Shown: positions 49,465 to 59,088 of the stretch, piece by piece
Layout: each line of letters starts with the position of its first letter
Numbering within the stretch: position 1 is the stretch's first letter
Origin: Candidatus Heimdallarchaeum endolithica
GTDB taxonomy: Archaea > Asgardarchaeota > Heimdallarchaeia > Heimdallarchaeales > Heimdallarchaeaceae
NCBI GenBank assembly: GCA_021513715.1
Contig: CP084167.1
Location: 658,117 to 722,116 of the forward strand
Direction: 5' to 3'
Length of the DNA stretch: 64,000 bases
The notes under the pieces: generated by a model
What the model was told of the DNA's origin: nothing
What the model saw: the letters and a program-made list of their open reading frames with translations, nothing else
Database searches by the model: none
Made by a program: the position numbers and the translations under genes

Positions 49465-49491
49465 TAGTATATTTGGGAAAAAGAGGTAAAA

Positions 49492-50838
49492 ATGACTCCA
49501 AAAGATTCTAAAAAACCTTCAGAACTAGAAAAAGCTATTTTAGAAGCAAAAGCAAAGTTACAAAATGTAGTTGCTAAAAAAGAAGGTAAATATATAAGAA
49601 AAACAGAGCTAGAGAATGCTATAAATGAAGCGTTAAAAAGCTTAAAGCCTGTTTCTGAAGAATTAATAAAGAAGAAAATAAAAACCAGTTCATTTAAAGA
49701 TGAACTAGTAAAGGCAAAGTCAGAACTAAAGCAAGTAAAACAAGAAAAAAAGAGAGTTACAAAAAACGATATGGAATTAGCTATTAAAGAAGCTATTAAA
49801 AATCTAAAACCATTAACTGAAAAAGGGAAAAAGCAAGTTTCTTCAAAAGGAGAATTAGAATTAGCTATTTTAGATGCTTTTTCAAAGCTAATTGAAGTTT
49901 CAGATGAACAGAAAAATTATGCTTTAACAAAGAAAGAACTAAAAATTATAATTAAGGATGCTAAAAATAGATTAAAGAAAGTACCAGAAAAAGAACTCAA
50001 ACATGCATTAACAAAGAAAGAACTAGAGCACGAGCTGAGAGACTTAAAAGGAAAACTAAAACCAGTCCCAGAACAAGTAAAAGTACCAGAACTTTCGATT
50101 AAACAACTTAGAACTGCCATTAAAGAAGCAAAAGTAAGATTAAAACCTGTTCCAGAGAATTTAAAGAGTATAAGTTCTATCTCAGTTGGTAGATCAATAA
50201 AAAAAGAAGGAGAAAAAATAAAAAGGAAACTATTGCCTATTCCAGGAGATGCTAAAACTTTCGAAATTCAGAACATAGAGCACATTAAACTCTTTTCTGC
50301 AGAAAGGTTGGATTTTAATAAATTCATTTCAAAACTAGAAAAACAAAAACAACAACCACTGCGTAAAATAATAATTAATCCAAAAACAAAGTTTTGTAAA
50401 ATAGAGTTAATGAACAAAGATAACCCTAATTCTCCGTATAACATTACAGGAGGAGGAGATATTTTAGAATTCACTTCAACTTACCGTTTCTTGTTTAAAC
50501 ATGGGTATATAAAAATAGAGAATAACTATCCCTTACTCTTTTCAGATAAACAATGGATTGTCTGGTATTTAAGAGAAAAAATAGAATTAACTTTCGTGGA
50601 CATAGCTTTTGCAATGAATGAAACAGTTAGAAACGTTAGAAACCTGTTTAATGAAGCTGAAAAAAGAATAAATCAAATATTAGATTTTGTTGTAGATGAA
50701 GAGCATTACCAATTAGTAGCAGCACATGCAATGAAAAGAAAAGGAGTACGTATCCAACAGATTGGAGATACTATAATTGAGCCTAAAATTACAGAAAAAT
50801 ATCTCATTGAACAACAACAACTAGAAGAATTAACTTAA
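49492..50838 (+). CDS. Lysine-rich repeat protein with C-terminal HTH-like segment
   Basis: At least six repeats of EL..AI.EA...LKPV in the N-terminal 250 aa; C-terminal LTFVDIAFAMNETVRNVRNLFNEAEKRI resembles a sigma-region-4/LuxR-type HTH. Confidence 0.45.
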   Translation: MTPKDSKKPSELEKAILEAKAKLQNVVAKKEGKYIRKTELENAINEALKSLKPVSEELIKKKIKTSSFKDELVKAKSELKQVKQEKKRVTKNDMELAIKEAIKNLKPLTEKGKKQVSSKGELELAILDAFSKLIEVSDEQKNYALTKKELKIIIKDAKNRLKKVPEKELKHALTKKELEHELRDLKGKLKPVPEQVKVPELSIKQLRTAIKEAKVRLKPVPENLKSISSISVGRSIKKEGEKIKRKLLPIPGDAKTFEIQNIEHIKLFSAERLDFNKFISKLEKQKQQPLRKIIINPKTKFCKIELMNKDNPNSPYNITGGGDILEFTSTYRFLFKHGYIKIENNYPLLFSDKQWIVWYLREKIELTFVDIAFAMNETVRNVRNLFNEAEKRINQILDFVVDEEHYQLVAAHAMKRKGVRIQQIGDTIIEPKITEKYLIEQQQLEELT

Positions 50839-51094
50839 ATTGAAGAACTTGAAAAGAAAGTAGAAATACCAAGAGAGTGGGTTATAAAAACAGCTTATAA
50901 AATAGAAACTCTGGAAGGAGGTTATTATCTATGGAAAGAGTTTCTAGGAGCATTAAACAAGGATTCTCTACTGATGATAGAAAACGACAGTTTACCCCAT
51001 GAAAAAATTTTTTGTATAAATTCTTTAGGTTTTTAAATAAATTGCTTAATTAATAAATAGAGAAAAGAAAGTGAAGAAGAAAAAGGATTAGAAA

Positions 51095-52609
51095 ATGGAG
51101 AAAATAGTGAGAACATTAAGAGTAAGAGTAAAAACAGAAAAATTAACGAAGTTCAAAAAAGATAGAATGAGAAAGATAACAGGAAGAGATACTAGAATAA
51201 TAGAAGAATATGTAAAAATAATAAGAAAAGAAGAAGAAAAAGTAATAAGAAAAATAAGCAAACAAGGAGAGATAAGACTAAAAGTGCATAAAGGCAAGTT
51301 AGATGAACTAACACTAACAACAACAAAGAAAACAAATAAGAAAAAAAGGACAGTTGTACCCTATGATCTCAAAAAAAAGTTTCCTAATTGTTCTCACGAT
51401 GAATTTCAAGAGTGTAGAGATGTAGCAGTACAACTTTATGAACAAGGATATAACAAAAAAAAGAACAAAAAAAGAAAAAAAGGATATATTTTACCACCAG
51501 TAAAACGAGCAAGAAAACAACTAATCAATAAAAATAGATTTATCATAAAACATTTGCCTAAAGGGAAAAACACTCTTTCTCGTTGGTGGGTAGGGATAAG
51601 AGACTCATTAGACACACAAAAAAGAAAAAAACGAACACATCGAAGACTATGGATACCACTAGAAATGAGTGAATATCACCAAAAAGAAATAAGAAAAGGA
51701 CAAGTAAAAAGTCTAGAATTAAAATATAACTCACAAAAAAACAGTTGGTGGGTAAATTTTCAGATAACAATTATTCCTCAAGCAGATCTCTACAAGAAAA
51801 AAAAAGTTGACTCTTCTCTTCTTCCTCCAGCTGTGCTGGGAATAGATCTGGGAGAAAAAATACCTGGAGCAGGAGTGTTATTAACATCAACAGGTAAAAT
51901 ATCTCCCAATCATATTTTCTTCTGGAAAATGAAAGAATGGAAAAAAAGGAAGTATATCTATCAACAGAAAATAAGAAGATTGCAACGAAAACTTGCAAAA
52001 AAGAAGAATACATGTAAAGACAAAAGAAGCAATAAAGGATATCAAACATTAAAAAAATTAAGAAAAAGATATCAGACGCTCTCTCATGCTTATTTATATG
52101 CTTTTATCAATGAGTTGTGGAAAGATATTGTTGAACTTACACAGGATTATAATTTAGTCGTTGTTGTTGGTTACCCCAAGGGAGTACACTCGAAATTAAG
52201 AAAAAAAGTAATGAATCAAGACTACAGACCACAGAACTCTTCTACTCGTTTTACTCGTAAAAAGGTTCACCCGTGGAATTACTACCAAATAGTTACTCTT
52301 CTTCGACGAATGTGTCTTCTAAATGGGTTAGAACCCGAACGTATCCTCACCTTACAGGAATATCTTACCTCTTCTCTTTGCTCAAAATGTGGACGAAAGA
52401 CTATTCGACCTGTTAGAGGTCTTGTTTATTGTTCTCATTGTCATTATACTCTTCACTCTGACCTTACCGGTGCAATCAACATCGGGAAATTGTTTCTTCG
52501 TTTTCTTTTTCGCCCCCGAGCATCTACACTAGTTGATTATCTTACTGGACAACACTTTAGTCTCACCTTTTATACTTCCTTCAGGGGTCTCAACCAGTGG
52601 TTGAAATAG
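51095..52609 (+). CDS. tnpB: TnpB-like RuvC nuclease (IS200/IS605 OrfB, Cas12/Fanzor-related)
   Basis: RuvC-I LGIDLG, RuvC-II region around FINELW, zinc finger CSKCG...CSHCH, RuvC-III HSDLTGAINIG; lysine/arginine-rich N-terminal half. Confidence 0.8.
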   Translation: MEKIVRTLRVRVKTEKLTKFKKDRMRKITGRDTRIIEEYVKIIRKEEEKVIRKISKQGEIRLKVHKGKLDELTLTTTKKTNKKKRTVVPYDLKKKFPNCSHDEFQECRDVAVQLYEQGYNKKKNKKRKKGYILPPVKRARKQLINKNRFIIKHLPKGKNTLSRWWVGIRDSLDTQKRKKRTHRRLWIPLEMSEYHQKEIRKGQVKSLELKYNSQKNSWWVNFQITIIPQADLYKKKKVDSSLLPPAVLGIDLGEKIPGAGVLLTSTGKISPNHIFFWKMKEWKKRKYIYQQKIRRLQRKLAKKKNTCKDKRSNKGYQTLKKLRKRYQTLSHAYLYAFINELWKDIVELTQDYNLVVVVGYPKGVHSKLRKKVMNQDYRPQNSSTRFTRKKVHPWNYYQIVTLLRRMCLLNGLEPERILTLQEYLTSSLCSKCGRKTIRPVRGLVYCSHCHYTLHSDLTGAINIGKLFLRFLFRPRASTLVDYLTGQHFSLTFYTSFRGLNQWLK

Positions 52610-52775
52610 ACCTATGTACTATTATACCATAATGGTAGAATACTTAGTACTCGTGGAGTGAAGAGTTCTACTCTTCTTTATGCGTCCCACGATTCCTAGA
52701 TGATGTCAGTATGCTCAAACATCTGTTTCAGCGTTTGTATTCTTCCACTGACGTAGTAGGAGAAAATTGTACAAA
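52610..52775 (+). ncRNA. Candidate TnpB-associated guide-RNA scaffold (omega-RNA/reRNA-like) and element right end
   Basis: Immediately after the tnpB stop: near-palindrome TACCATAATGGTA (52625-52638), nested stems CGTGG...GAAGAG-loop-CTCTTC...CCACG (52649-52700), ending near palindromic TTGTACAA (52767-52774); core conserved with compensatory changes at 33721-33800. Confidence 0.4.
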
Positions 52776-53849
52776 AAATTAACTCATGAAGAAGAATACT
52801 TGATAAACGCTATAGGATTAGGAGGAGAAATAATACCTGACATCAAGAGCAATTTCAAAAAACTAATTGAAATATTCGCAGAAGCTCCTGACGATCTTGT
52901 AAAAATAGGAGATACAGCCTTTTTCATGGGTTATATGGATAATATTTATTCTAGCCAGTTTTGGACAATAAAAAACTTCGTTAAAGGAAACAAAAAAAAT
53001 TGGAAAAAAGATTTTATAAAAATAGCAATAAAAGCATATTCAAAAGCTCTAGATAATATTATTCCATCAGTTAACCCAGTAAAGTACGGTTTGCTAATAA
53101 ACGATTTAGGAGTATTTTACTTATTTCTGTCAGAATTAGAGCAAACTAAAAAACACACTATAGAAGCAATCAAAAATTTACTTGATGCAAAAAAAGCATT
53201 ACCTTTAGAGTTCTTTAAAACAAAACATAGTGATATTTGTTATAATTTAGGACTGGCTCATTTATTTTTGTCTAAAATAGAAGAAAAAGAAGAAAATATT
53301 AAACAAGCTATTCTAAACTTTAACGTTGCTCTGCAAGGAAGAACGTTAAGAATGTATCCATTGAAACATGCTATAACACAAGTCAATCTAGGAATTGTCT
53401 ACCAAAAATTAGCTGAAATCGAAGAAACCTCTTTAAATTGTACATTAAGTATAGAATCTTATAACAATGCTTTGAGATCCAACACTCTAGACGTCATGCC
53501 AACAGAAGCAGCGATGATATATAACAACATAGGTCTATCTTATTGCACTTTATCTGATGTACAGGAAACAGAATACAATATTTCACAAGCTTTAATTGTT
53601 TTAAATGATGCTTTGACCATCAGAAATGAAGCACAGTTTCCTGTTGAATATGCAATTACAACAAGTATTTTAGGAAAAGCTTATACAATTCTAGCAACAG
53701 TAAAAGAAAAAAAAGAATATTATGAAAAGGCAATATCAGCATTTAATAAAACAATTAAGATATTCATCAAGAAATATGAAGACTTCTACCAAGCAATAAT
53801 ACAAGAAAAAGAAAAAGTAGAAGAGAAACTAAAAGAAATAGCGCAATAA
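52767..53849 (+). CDS. TPR-like helical repeat protein
   Basis: Recurrent (N/Y)N(L/I)G..Y..L...E pattern every ~40 aa; start ambiguous (TTG at 52767, TTG at 52800 or a downstream ATG). Confidence 0.5.
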   Translation: MYKKLTHEEEYLINAIGLGGEIIPDIKSNFKKLIEIFAEAPDDLVKIGDTAFFMGYMDNIYSSQFWTIKNFVKGNKKNWKKDFIKIAIKAYSKALDNIIPSVNPVKYGLLINDLGVFYLFLSELEQTKKHTIEAIKNLLDAKKALPLEFFKTKHSDICYNLGLAHLFLSKIEEKEENIKQAILNFNVALQGRTLRMYPLKHAITQVNLGIVYQKLAEIEETSLNCTLSIESYNNALRSNTLDVMPTEAAMIYNNIGLSYCTLSDVQETEYNISQALIVLNDALTIRNEAQFPVEYAITTSILGKAYTILATVKEKKEYYEKAISAFNKTIKIFIKKYEDFYQAIIQEKEKVEEKLKEIAQ

Positions 53850-53975
53850 TTTTCTTTTTTTTAATTACTAAACCCTTCTAGAAAAATCATTTATCTTATT
53901 TGAATCCTACCTAATTTTCTATGTTAATTTTTACTTATATTTATAAATAAAAACATACTATATTTTATTGCTAAA

Positions 53976-55976
53976 ATGAAAAGTTTTTTACCAAAATTTG
54001 TTCTCAATGAAATTGATATATATTTAGAAGATTCTCAAAAGACTATTTTAGAAGAGAAAATAGAAAATATTGTTAGTAATGTTTCAGATTATGATTCAAT
54101 TGCTAAAGATGTTACTTCTTTTCTTTTAGAAATGGATATCAGTGATTTAACAATATATGACAAAATGCTTGTAATTACTTCTGTACTATTGAATTATTGG
54201 AAAAAAGATTATTCTTTTATTTTAAAAATTTATGAGAAGTTTCATTCTACAGACTTACCACTCAGTGTAAAAATTTGTTTTCTTCTAATTTTCCAAGAAT
54301 CTTTTGATTTAGACAATTTTAACTTTTGGAGAGAGGAAATAGAGGAACATATAGAAAATATAACTAATACTGCTGAAAAAGAATTTCTTAGCACTGCTAT
54401 TGAACAATTTGCTTCTAAGCTTGAGCAGAGACCCGAGGTTGGTTATCGTTCAATGAACCAGCTTATTCGTTCTCTTGAGGAGAATGAGCAAATCTCTTAT
54501 CAGTATCCTTTTGTTTTTGAAGCTTTAGAGCTTGAACTTATTCAGTATTCTAACATTTTAGCTGATGAAGTTTTTTCTGAAATCTGGGTAGAATCTGCTA
54601 GAAGAAGAGCTGAAGTAATGGAAAACTATGGTATGTTAGTTCAAGTCAACAGCCTTATTGCTAGTATTTTAGTTAAAGAGTATCATCTAGAAAAAGCTAA
54701 AGAAAAGATTGAAGAAGGGTTGGAGATCGCTAAGAAGATCAATTCACCTATTTTAGCTGCTCAGATTGAATTAAGCAATGCTTTACTATTGAAAATGGAA
54801 GGTAAATTGAATGAAGCTTTAAAGCTGTATGAAGAAATAGCCAAAGTCAAGAATCTTCCTCAAACTTTTCAATTGGATATTTATAGCAAAATAGGTGAGA
54901 TTTATCTTAACAAAGATGAGATAATTAAGGCTGAAGAATACTATCTTAAAGCTCACAAGATTAATAAGAAACTTAATTATTTCAATCCTCTTGTTGAAAT
55001 AGTTATAGGTTACATAAATTTGCTTTTGGAGAAAGATGAAGGAGAAGCTTTAGACAAAGGGCTGAAAATAGCAGAGGAACAGTTTGATTTTTCTTCAATC
55101 CCTTACTACTATTTTTACAAGGGTATTTATGAACAACAAAGGGTCAATCTGACCTTATCTATCGAATATCTTGAAAAAGCATTAAACTCTTTTGAGCACC
55201 AAAAGAACTTTGAAGGTATTGTTTATACTAATGGTGCATTAGCAGAGTCTTATCTTCAAATTTACAAACTCCTTCATGATGACAAATATTCTTCTCAATT
55301 TCTTTACTATATTGACAACCTTATTGAAATATTAAAGGAATTAAACAATCCTCTATATGTTGAAGCTATAAAGACTAAAGCTGGTTATTATTTGGATAAA
55401 GGTTTAATTAAAAATGCTGAAGATTTATTTATTGATGGAATAGAATTTGCTAAAATTCGCAGGTTAAAAGAGGAAGAAGAAGAATTAAAGGAATCACTTA
55501 CTAATAAAAAGAATTTATCGAAAATAACTTTAGAAGGAACACAAATTCTCTTTAGGAAAATCAGAATGTTTAGTTTTGGCAAACATAAAACTGTACCTAC
55601 TAAATTATACTTACTTTTAGTAATAAATGAAGCAGGTATTCCTCTTATTTCTCACTCATTTACTGAAGAGGAAATGATAGATAAGGTATTAGTTTCAGGT
55701 CTAATTTCAGCTATAATTAACTTTTCTTCTGAAGTTTTAGGAAAAGGAGAAGAAACACTGAGATCTATTAATCATGAAGGAAAAGCAGTTATTGTCGAAA
55801 AAAGAGGAAATGTGATGGGTATTTTAGTTGCTGAAGATGAAAATTTTGAGATGAGACTTGAACTTAGACAATTTCTACAGAGAGCTTTAGATAAACTGGT
55901 TTCTGAGCAACCTATTGTTAGAGAAAACGATAGTGAAATAATATCTATTATAGAAGAGGTTTTTGAGAAAAAATAA
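53976..55976 (+). CDS. TPR-like repeat protein with C-terminal roadblock/LC7-like domain
   Basis: Helical repeat body; last ~110 aa (LYLLLVINEAGIPLISH...LVSGLISAIINFSSEVLGKG...MGILVAEDEN) align with MglB/roadblock-type domains and with the C-terminus of the 28558-29628 protein. Confidence 0.5.
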   Translation: MKSFLPKFVLNEIDIYLEDSQKTILEEKIENIVSNVSDYDSIAKDVTSFLLEMDISDLTIYDKMLVITSVLLNYWKKDYSFILKIYEKFHSTDLPLSVKICFLLIFQESFDLDNFNFWREEIEEHIENITNTAEKEFLSTAIEQFASKLEQRPEVGYRSMNQLIRSLEENEQISYQYPFVFEALELELIQYSNILADEVFSEIWVESARRRAEVMENYGMLVQVNSLIASILVKEYHLEKAKEKIEEGLEIAKKINSPILAAQIELSNALLLKMEGKLNEALKLYEEIAKVKNLPQTFQLDIYSKIGEIYLNKDEIIKAEEYYLKAHKINKKLNYFNPLVEIVIGYINLLLEKDEGEALDKGLKIAEEQFDFSSIPYYYFYKGIYEQQRVNLTLSIEYLEKALNSFEHQKNFEGIVYTNGALAESYLQIYKLLHDDKYSSQFLYYIDNLIEILKELNNPLYVEAIKTKAGYYLDKGLIKNAEDLFIDGIEFAKIRRLKEEEEELKESLTNKKNLSKITLEGTQILFRKIRMFSFGKHKTVPTKLYLLLVINEAGIPLISHSFTEEEMIDKVLVSGLISAIINFSSEVLGKGEETLRSINHEGKAVIVEKRGNVMGILVAEDENFEMRLELRQFLQRALDKLVSEQPIVRENDSEIISIIEEVFEKK

Positions 55977-55982
55977 ATGAAA

Positions 55983-57953
55983 TTATGAAACTAGTGGTCT
56001 AATTTGGTATTTTAGACCTATAATTTTCATTATATCCACAGCATCTTCAATTGTGTTTGCTGATATTTCTAGTTCCTCAATAATTTGGTCTATATAGAGT
56101 ATTTCTACTGTACTCATTTTTTCTGTTTCAGGGAGAAGTCTTTCTAAAGCATTGTGATTGTTAATATCTAACTCATGTTCTATAGCATGTACATCGTTAA
56201 ATATTGGATGAGAAGCAAGAGGTTGAATACACACAACTTCCAAAACTTCTACTGATTTGTCAATTAAATCACAAAGTAAATCACACTCTTTTATCAAGTA
56301 TTGAGAAAAATAGTCATCTATTTTCTTTCTGGGAATGTATAGAATCTTTCTTAGAGAGCGCAAGATATAACCTATAGCTTTATCGAGTGTAGTAGTAAGT
56401 TTATAGAAATGGTAATCATCAGGAGCAGGTCTAACACTACTATACATTACCTGGGTGACTTTAAAAACAAGGTCATCAGCAAGCCTTTCCTCTTTTTTTG
56501 CTGCCATCATGAGTTTAATTGCTTGTTCTTTATCGCCATCCAAATATCTCTTAAATGATTGAGCTAACAAATGTATTGTTTTTTGAACTTTCTCTGCATG
56601 CTTTATAGAATGAGAGGCTTGTACCCATCCAGGTCTGGTTTCTATAGCTAAGATAGAAAAAGAAAAACCAAGAATGATTAATAGAGTTCCTGCAAACAAG
56701 AATGGAAATTTGAAAACATTACTGACTAAACTATCGCCTAAAAATTGTAGAACATCAATATTTACAACAAGACCAGCCAAACCAAGAACAATTAAAGGTC
56801 CAGTAAAGTAACCAGAATCTAAAGACGATCGATAAATACCTATACTTTTTTCTCTTTTTATTATAGGAACAACATCTTTTGTAATACTTGGAAGTGAAGG
56901 ATAATAAAGAGATGTTCCTAGTCCAGCAAGTAAAGTTAATAATACTACAACTCCAAAAAGGTCAGTAAAAACGATTAATATAATGCTTGTTCCTGCTAAT
57001 AAAAAACCAAGAATCATTGGTGTTTTTCTTCCTATTCTATCACTCAATTTTCCAGTAAAAGGCATCGTAGTTGACCAAGCTAAAGTAAAAACTGAAGTAG
57101 CTATTCCTATCTGGACATTAGAAAAACCATAAACAGTTGATAATAGTAGAGGAAAAATCAAAACCAGAATACTGTCAGTAATTCTAGATATGTGACCTCC
57201 TAAATTAGCCAATATTAAAGTTGGTACTCTAAAAATATTTTTTGTACTCCATCGACTTTCGACTTTTGTAGCGTCTAAAAGTACTGAATCTTTTGTTCCT
57301 GCAACTAAATCAGTTGTTTCTACTTTCTTAATAAATATGAAACCAAAAGCTAGAGCAATTCCTGCAATTATTAAAGCAAAAATAAAAGTCTCTGCAAACC
57401 CCAGGTTATTTGCTATTACACCTGCTAAGAAAGAACCAAGACTTGAACCTAAATAAACAGAGAATTCCATTGAACCAACAGAAAAAGCTGCTCCTTCATA
57501 TCCTGCTATATCAGTAAGAGCTGACATTGTAGAAGTAAAGAGTAAACCTAATCCTCCTCCAATAAATGCATTTCCAAGGGGTAAGGCCCACAAGTTTCTT
57601 GAAAAAGCTAAAGCAAAAGATCCACAAAGTACTAAAATCAATCCAATCCTAATTGTCCACTTTCGTTGATATTTACTACTTATTGTAGCACTAAAGAAAC
57701 CAGCTATTCCTTTAAAAAGCCCATAAGCTATAACTGCTGAGGAAATTTGGAGGAAAACAATGAAACTTCTTTGAAAATTTTCTTGTGATTCAAATAGAGG
57801 AAAATTTGTAAATGATTCTCCAAAAAGAGATAGTGAAGTTCTTTGTACTCCATAAGCAATACCAGCAAAAAGTAAAACTGTAATAATTGGTCCCCATTTA
57901 GAAATACTGCGTAAGAATGAGAAAGATTCTAGCTTTTTTTCTTTTAGTTCCAT
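55983..57953 (-). CDS. MFS transporter fused to a cytoplasmic PhoU/DUF47-like helical domain
   Basis: About 12 TM helices followed by ~230 aa of helical cytoplasmic domain. Start taken at ATG 57953 (MELKEKK) rather than track start 58118. Confidence 0.55.
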   Translation of the reverse strand: MELKEKKLESFSFLRSISKWGPIITVLLFAGIAYGVQRTSLSLFGESFTNFPLFESQENFQRSFIVFLQISSAVIAYGLFKGIAGFFSATISSKYQRKWTIRIGLILVLCGSFALAFSRNLWALPLGNAFIGGGLGLLFTSTMSALTDIAGYEGAAFSVGSMEFSVYLGSSLGSFLAGVIANNLGFAETFIFALIIAGIALAFGFIFIKKVETTDLVAGTKDSVLLDATKVESRWSTKNIFRVPTLILANLGGHISRITDSILVLIFPLLLSTVYGFSNVQIGIATSVFTLAWSTTMPFTGKLSDRIGRKTPMILGFLLAGTSIILIVFTDLFGVVVLLTLLAGLGTSLYYPSLPSITKDVVPIIKREKSIGIYRSSLDSGYFTGPLIVLGLAGLVVNIDVLQFLGDSLVSNVFKFPFLFAGTLLIILGFSFSILAIETRPGWVQASHSIKHAEKVQKTIHLLAQSFKRYLDGDKEQAIKLMMAAKKEERLADDLVFKVTQVMYSSVRPAPDDYHFYKLTTTLDKAIGYILRSLRKILYIPRKKIDDYFSQYLIKECDLLCDLIDKSVEVLEVVCIQPLASHPIFNDVHAIEHELDINNHNALERLLPETEKMSTVEILYIDQIIEELEISANTIEDAVDIMKIIGLKYQIRPLVS

Positions 57954-58058
57954 AAAATTATTCAGGAAAAATGAATAATAAAGGTTGTTATTTGAATTAA
58001 ATAAAGTACACAATATTACAATAAATTTAAATTTACCCAAGAGTTTGCCAAACAGAAA

Positions 58059-58886
58059 ATGATTAAACAAAAGAAGAAAAAAGACTATTTTGTGAGAAAA
58101 TTCTCTCTTAGCAGACAAATTCTGGCTGATTATAATGATGTTGCAGCTACTTTTCCTAGAGTTAGAGGGCAGTTAGAATATGACATAACAAACGCAAAAA
58201 GAAGAATAGAAGAAATAAAAAAAATAGATAAGTATGATGTTTCTTACACTGCTTGGATTGCAAAATGTATTAGCAGAGCAGTAAAGGAAGATTTAAGGTT
58301 TAATTCCTATAGAAAAGGTAGAAAGATAATCGTTTTCAAAACTGTAGATATTAGTATAATCGTAGAGATTACAACTAAAGAAGGAAAAAAAGTACCTTTT
58401 AATTATGTTATTAGAGACGTAGAAAATAAGAGTGTAAAAGAAATTACAGAAGAAATTCGTGCAGTACAAAAAAGAAAAATAGAAGAAACTGAACAACTAA
58501 CAAGAGATAGTTCAAGTAATTTTTCTTCTCTCTACTTGTTGATTCCACGCTTTATAAGAAAAATGGTAATTAAATCAATATTGAAAAACCCATTTAAACT
58601 AAGAAAACTAATAGGAACTGTAGGAATAACTTCTTTAGGGATGTTTGTTCAAAATTTTGCAGGATGGGCGATTCCTTTTGCTGATAAGACCTTAAATGTA
58701 GCAGTTGGAGGCATGAAGAATTCTGTAGAACTAGTAGAAGGAGAATTAAAAGAAAAAACACTACTGTGTGTAACCTTTCTTGTTGATCATAATCTTATAG
58801 ATGGAGCCCCAATAGCTAGATTTGTTGCTAGGGTGGGAAATTTAATGAAAGATGCTTCTTTTCTTGAAGATATAAATAAACCCTAA
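58059..58886 (+). CDS. Stand-alone 2-oxoacid-dehydrogenase E2-type acyltransferase catalytic-domain protein
   Basis: C-terminal VDHNLIDGAPIARF matches the DHRxxDG active-site motif of E2/CAT-fold acyltransferases; no lipoyl domain. Confidence 0.5.
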   Translation: MIKQKKKKDYFVRKFSLSRQILADYNDVAATFPRVRGQLEYDITNAKRRIEEIKKIDKYDVSYTAWIAKCISRAVKEDLRFNSYRKGRKIIVFKTVDISIIVEITTKEGKKVPFNYVIRDVENKSVKEITEEIRAVQKRKIEETEQLTRDSSSNFSSLYLLIPRFIRKMVIKSILKNPFKLRKLIGTVGITSLGMFVQNFAGWAIPFADKTLNVAVGGMKNSVELVEGELKEKTLLCVTFLVDHNLIDGAPIARFVARVGNLMKDASFLEDINKP

Positions 58887-59088
58887 CTTCAATTGATAAT
58901 ATATTAAATCTATTCTTTTCTCTTCTTTTTCATTTTTGTTCTTCATTTAGGACTTCTTCAGCTAATTGATTTTCTTAAAAACTAAGATTTTCATCTTATT
59001 TTTTTAACGTCAAGTATTTGTAAAAAAGAAACTTTAATATAATGATTACTGGATAAAGTTACAATAACAAACTTGTTAGGAGAACATA

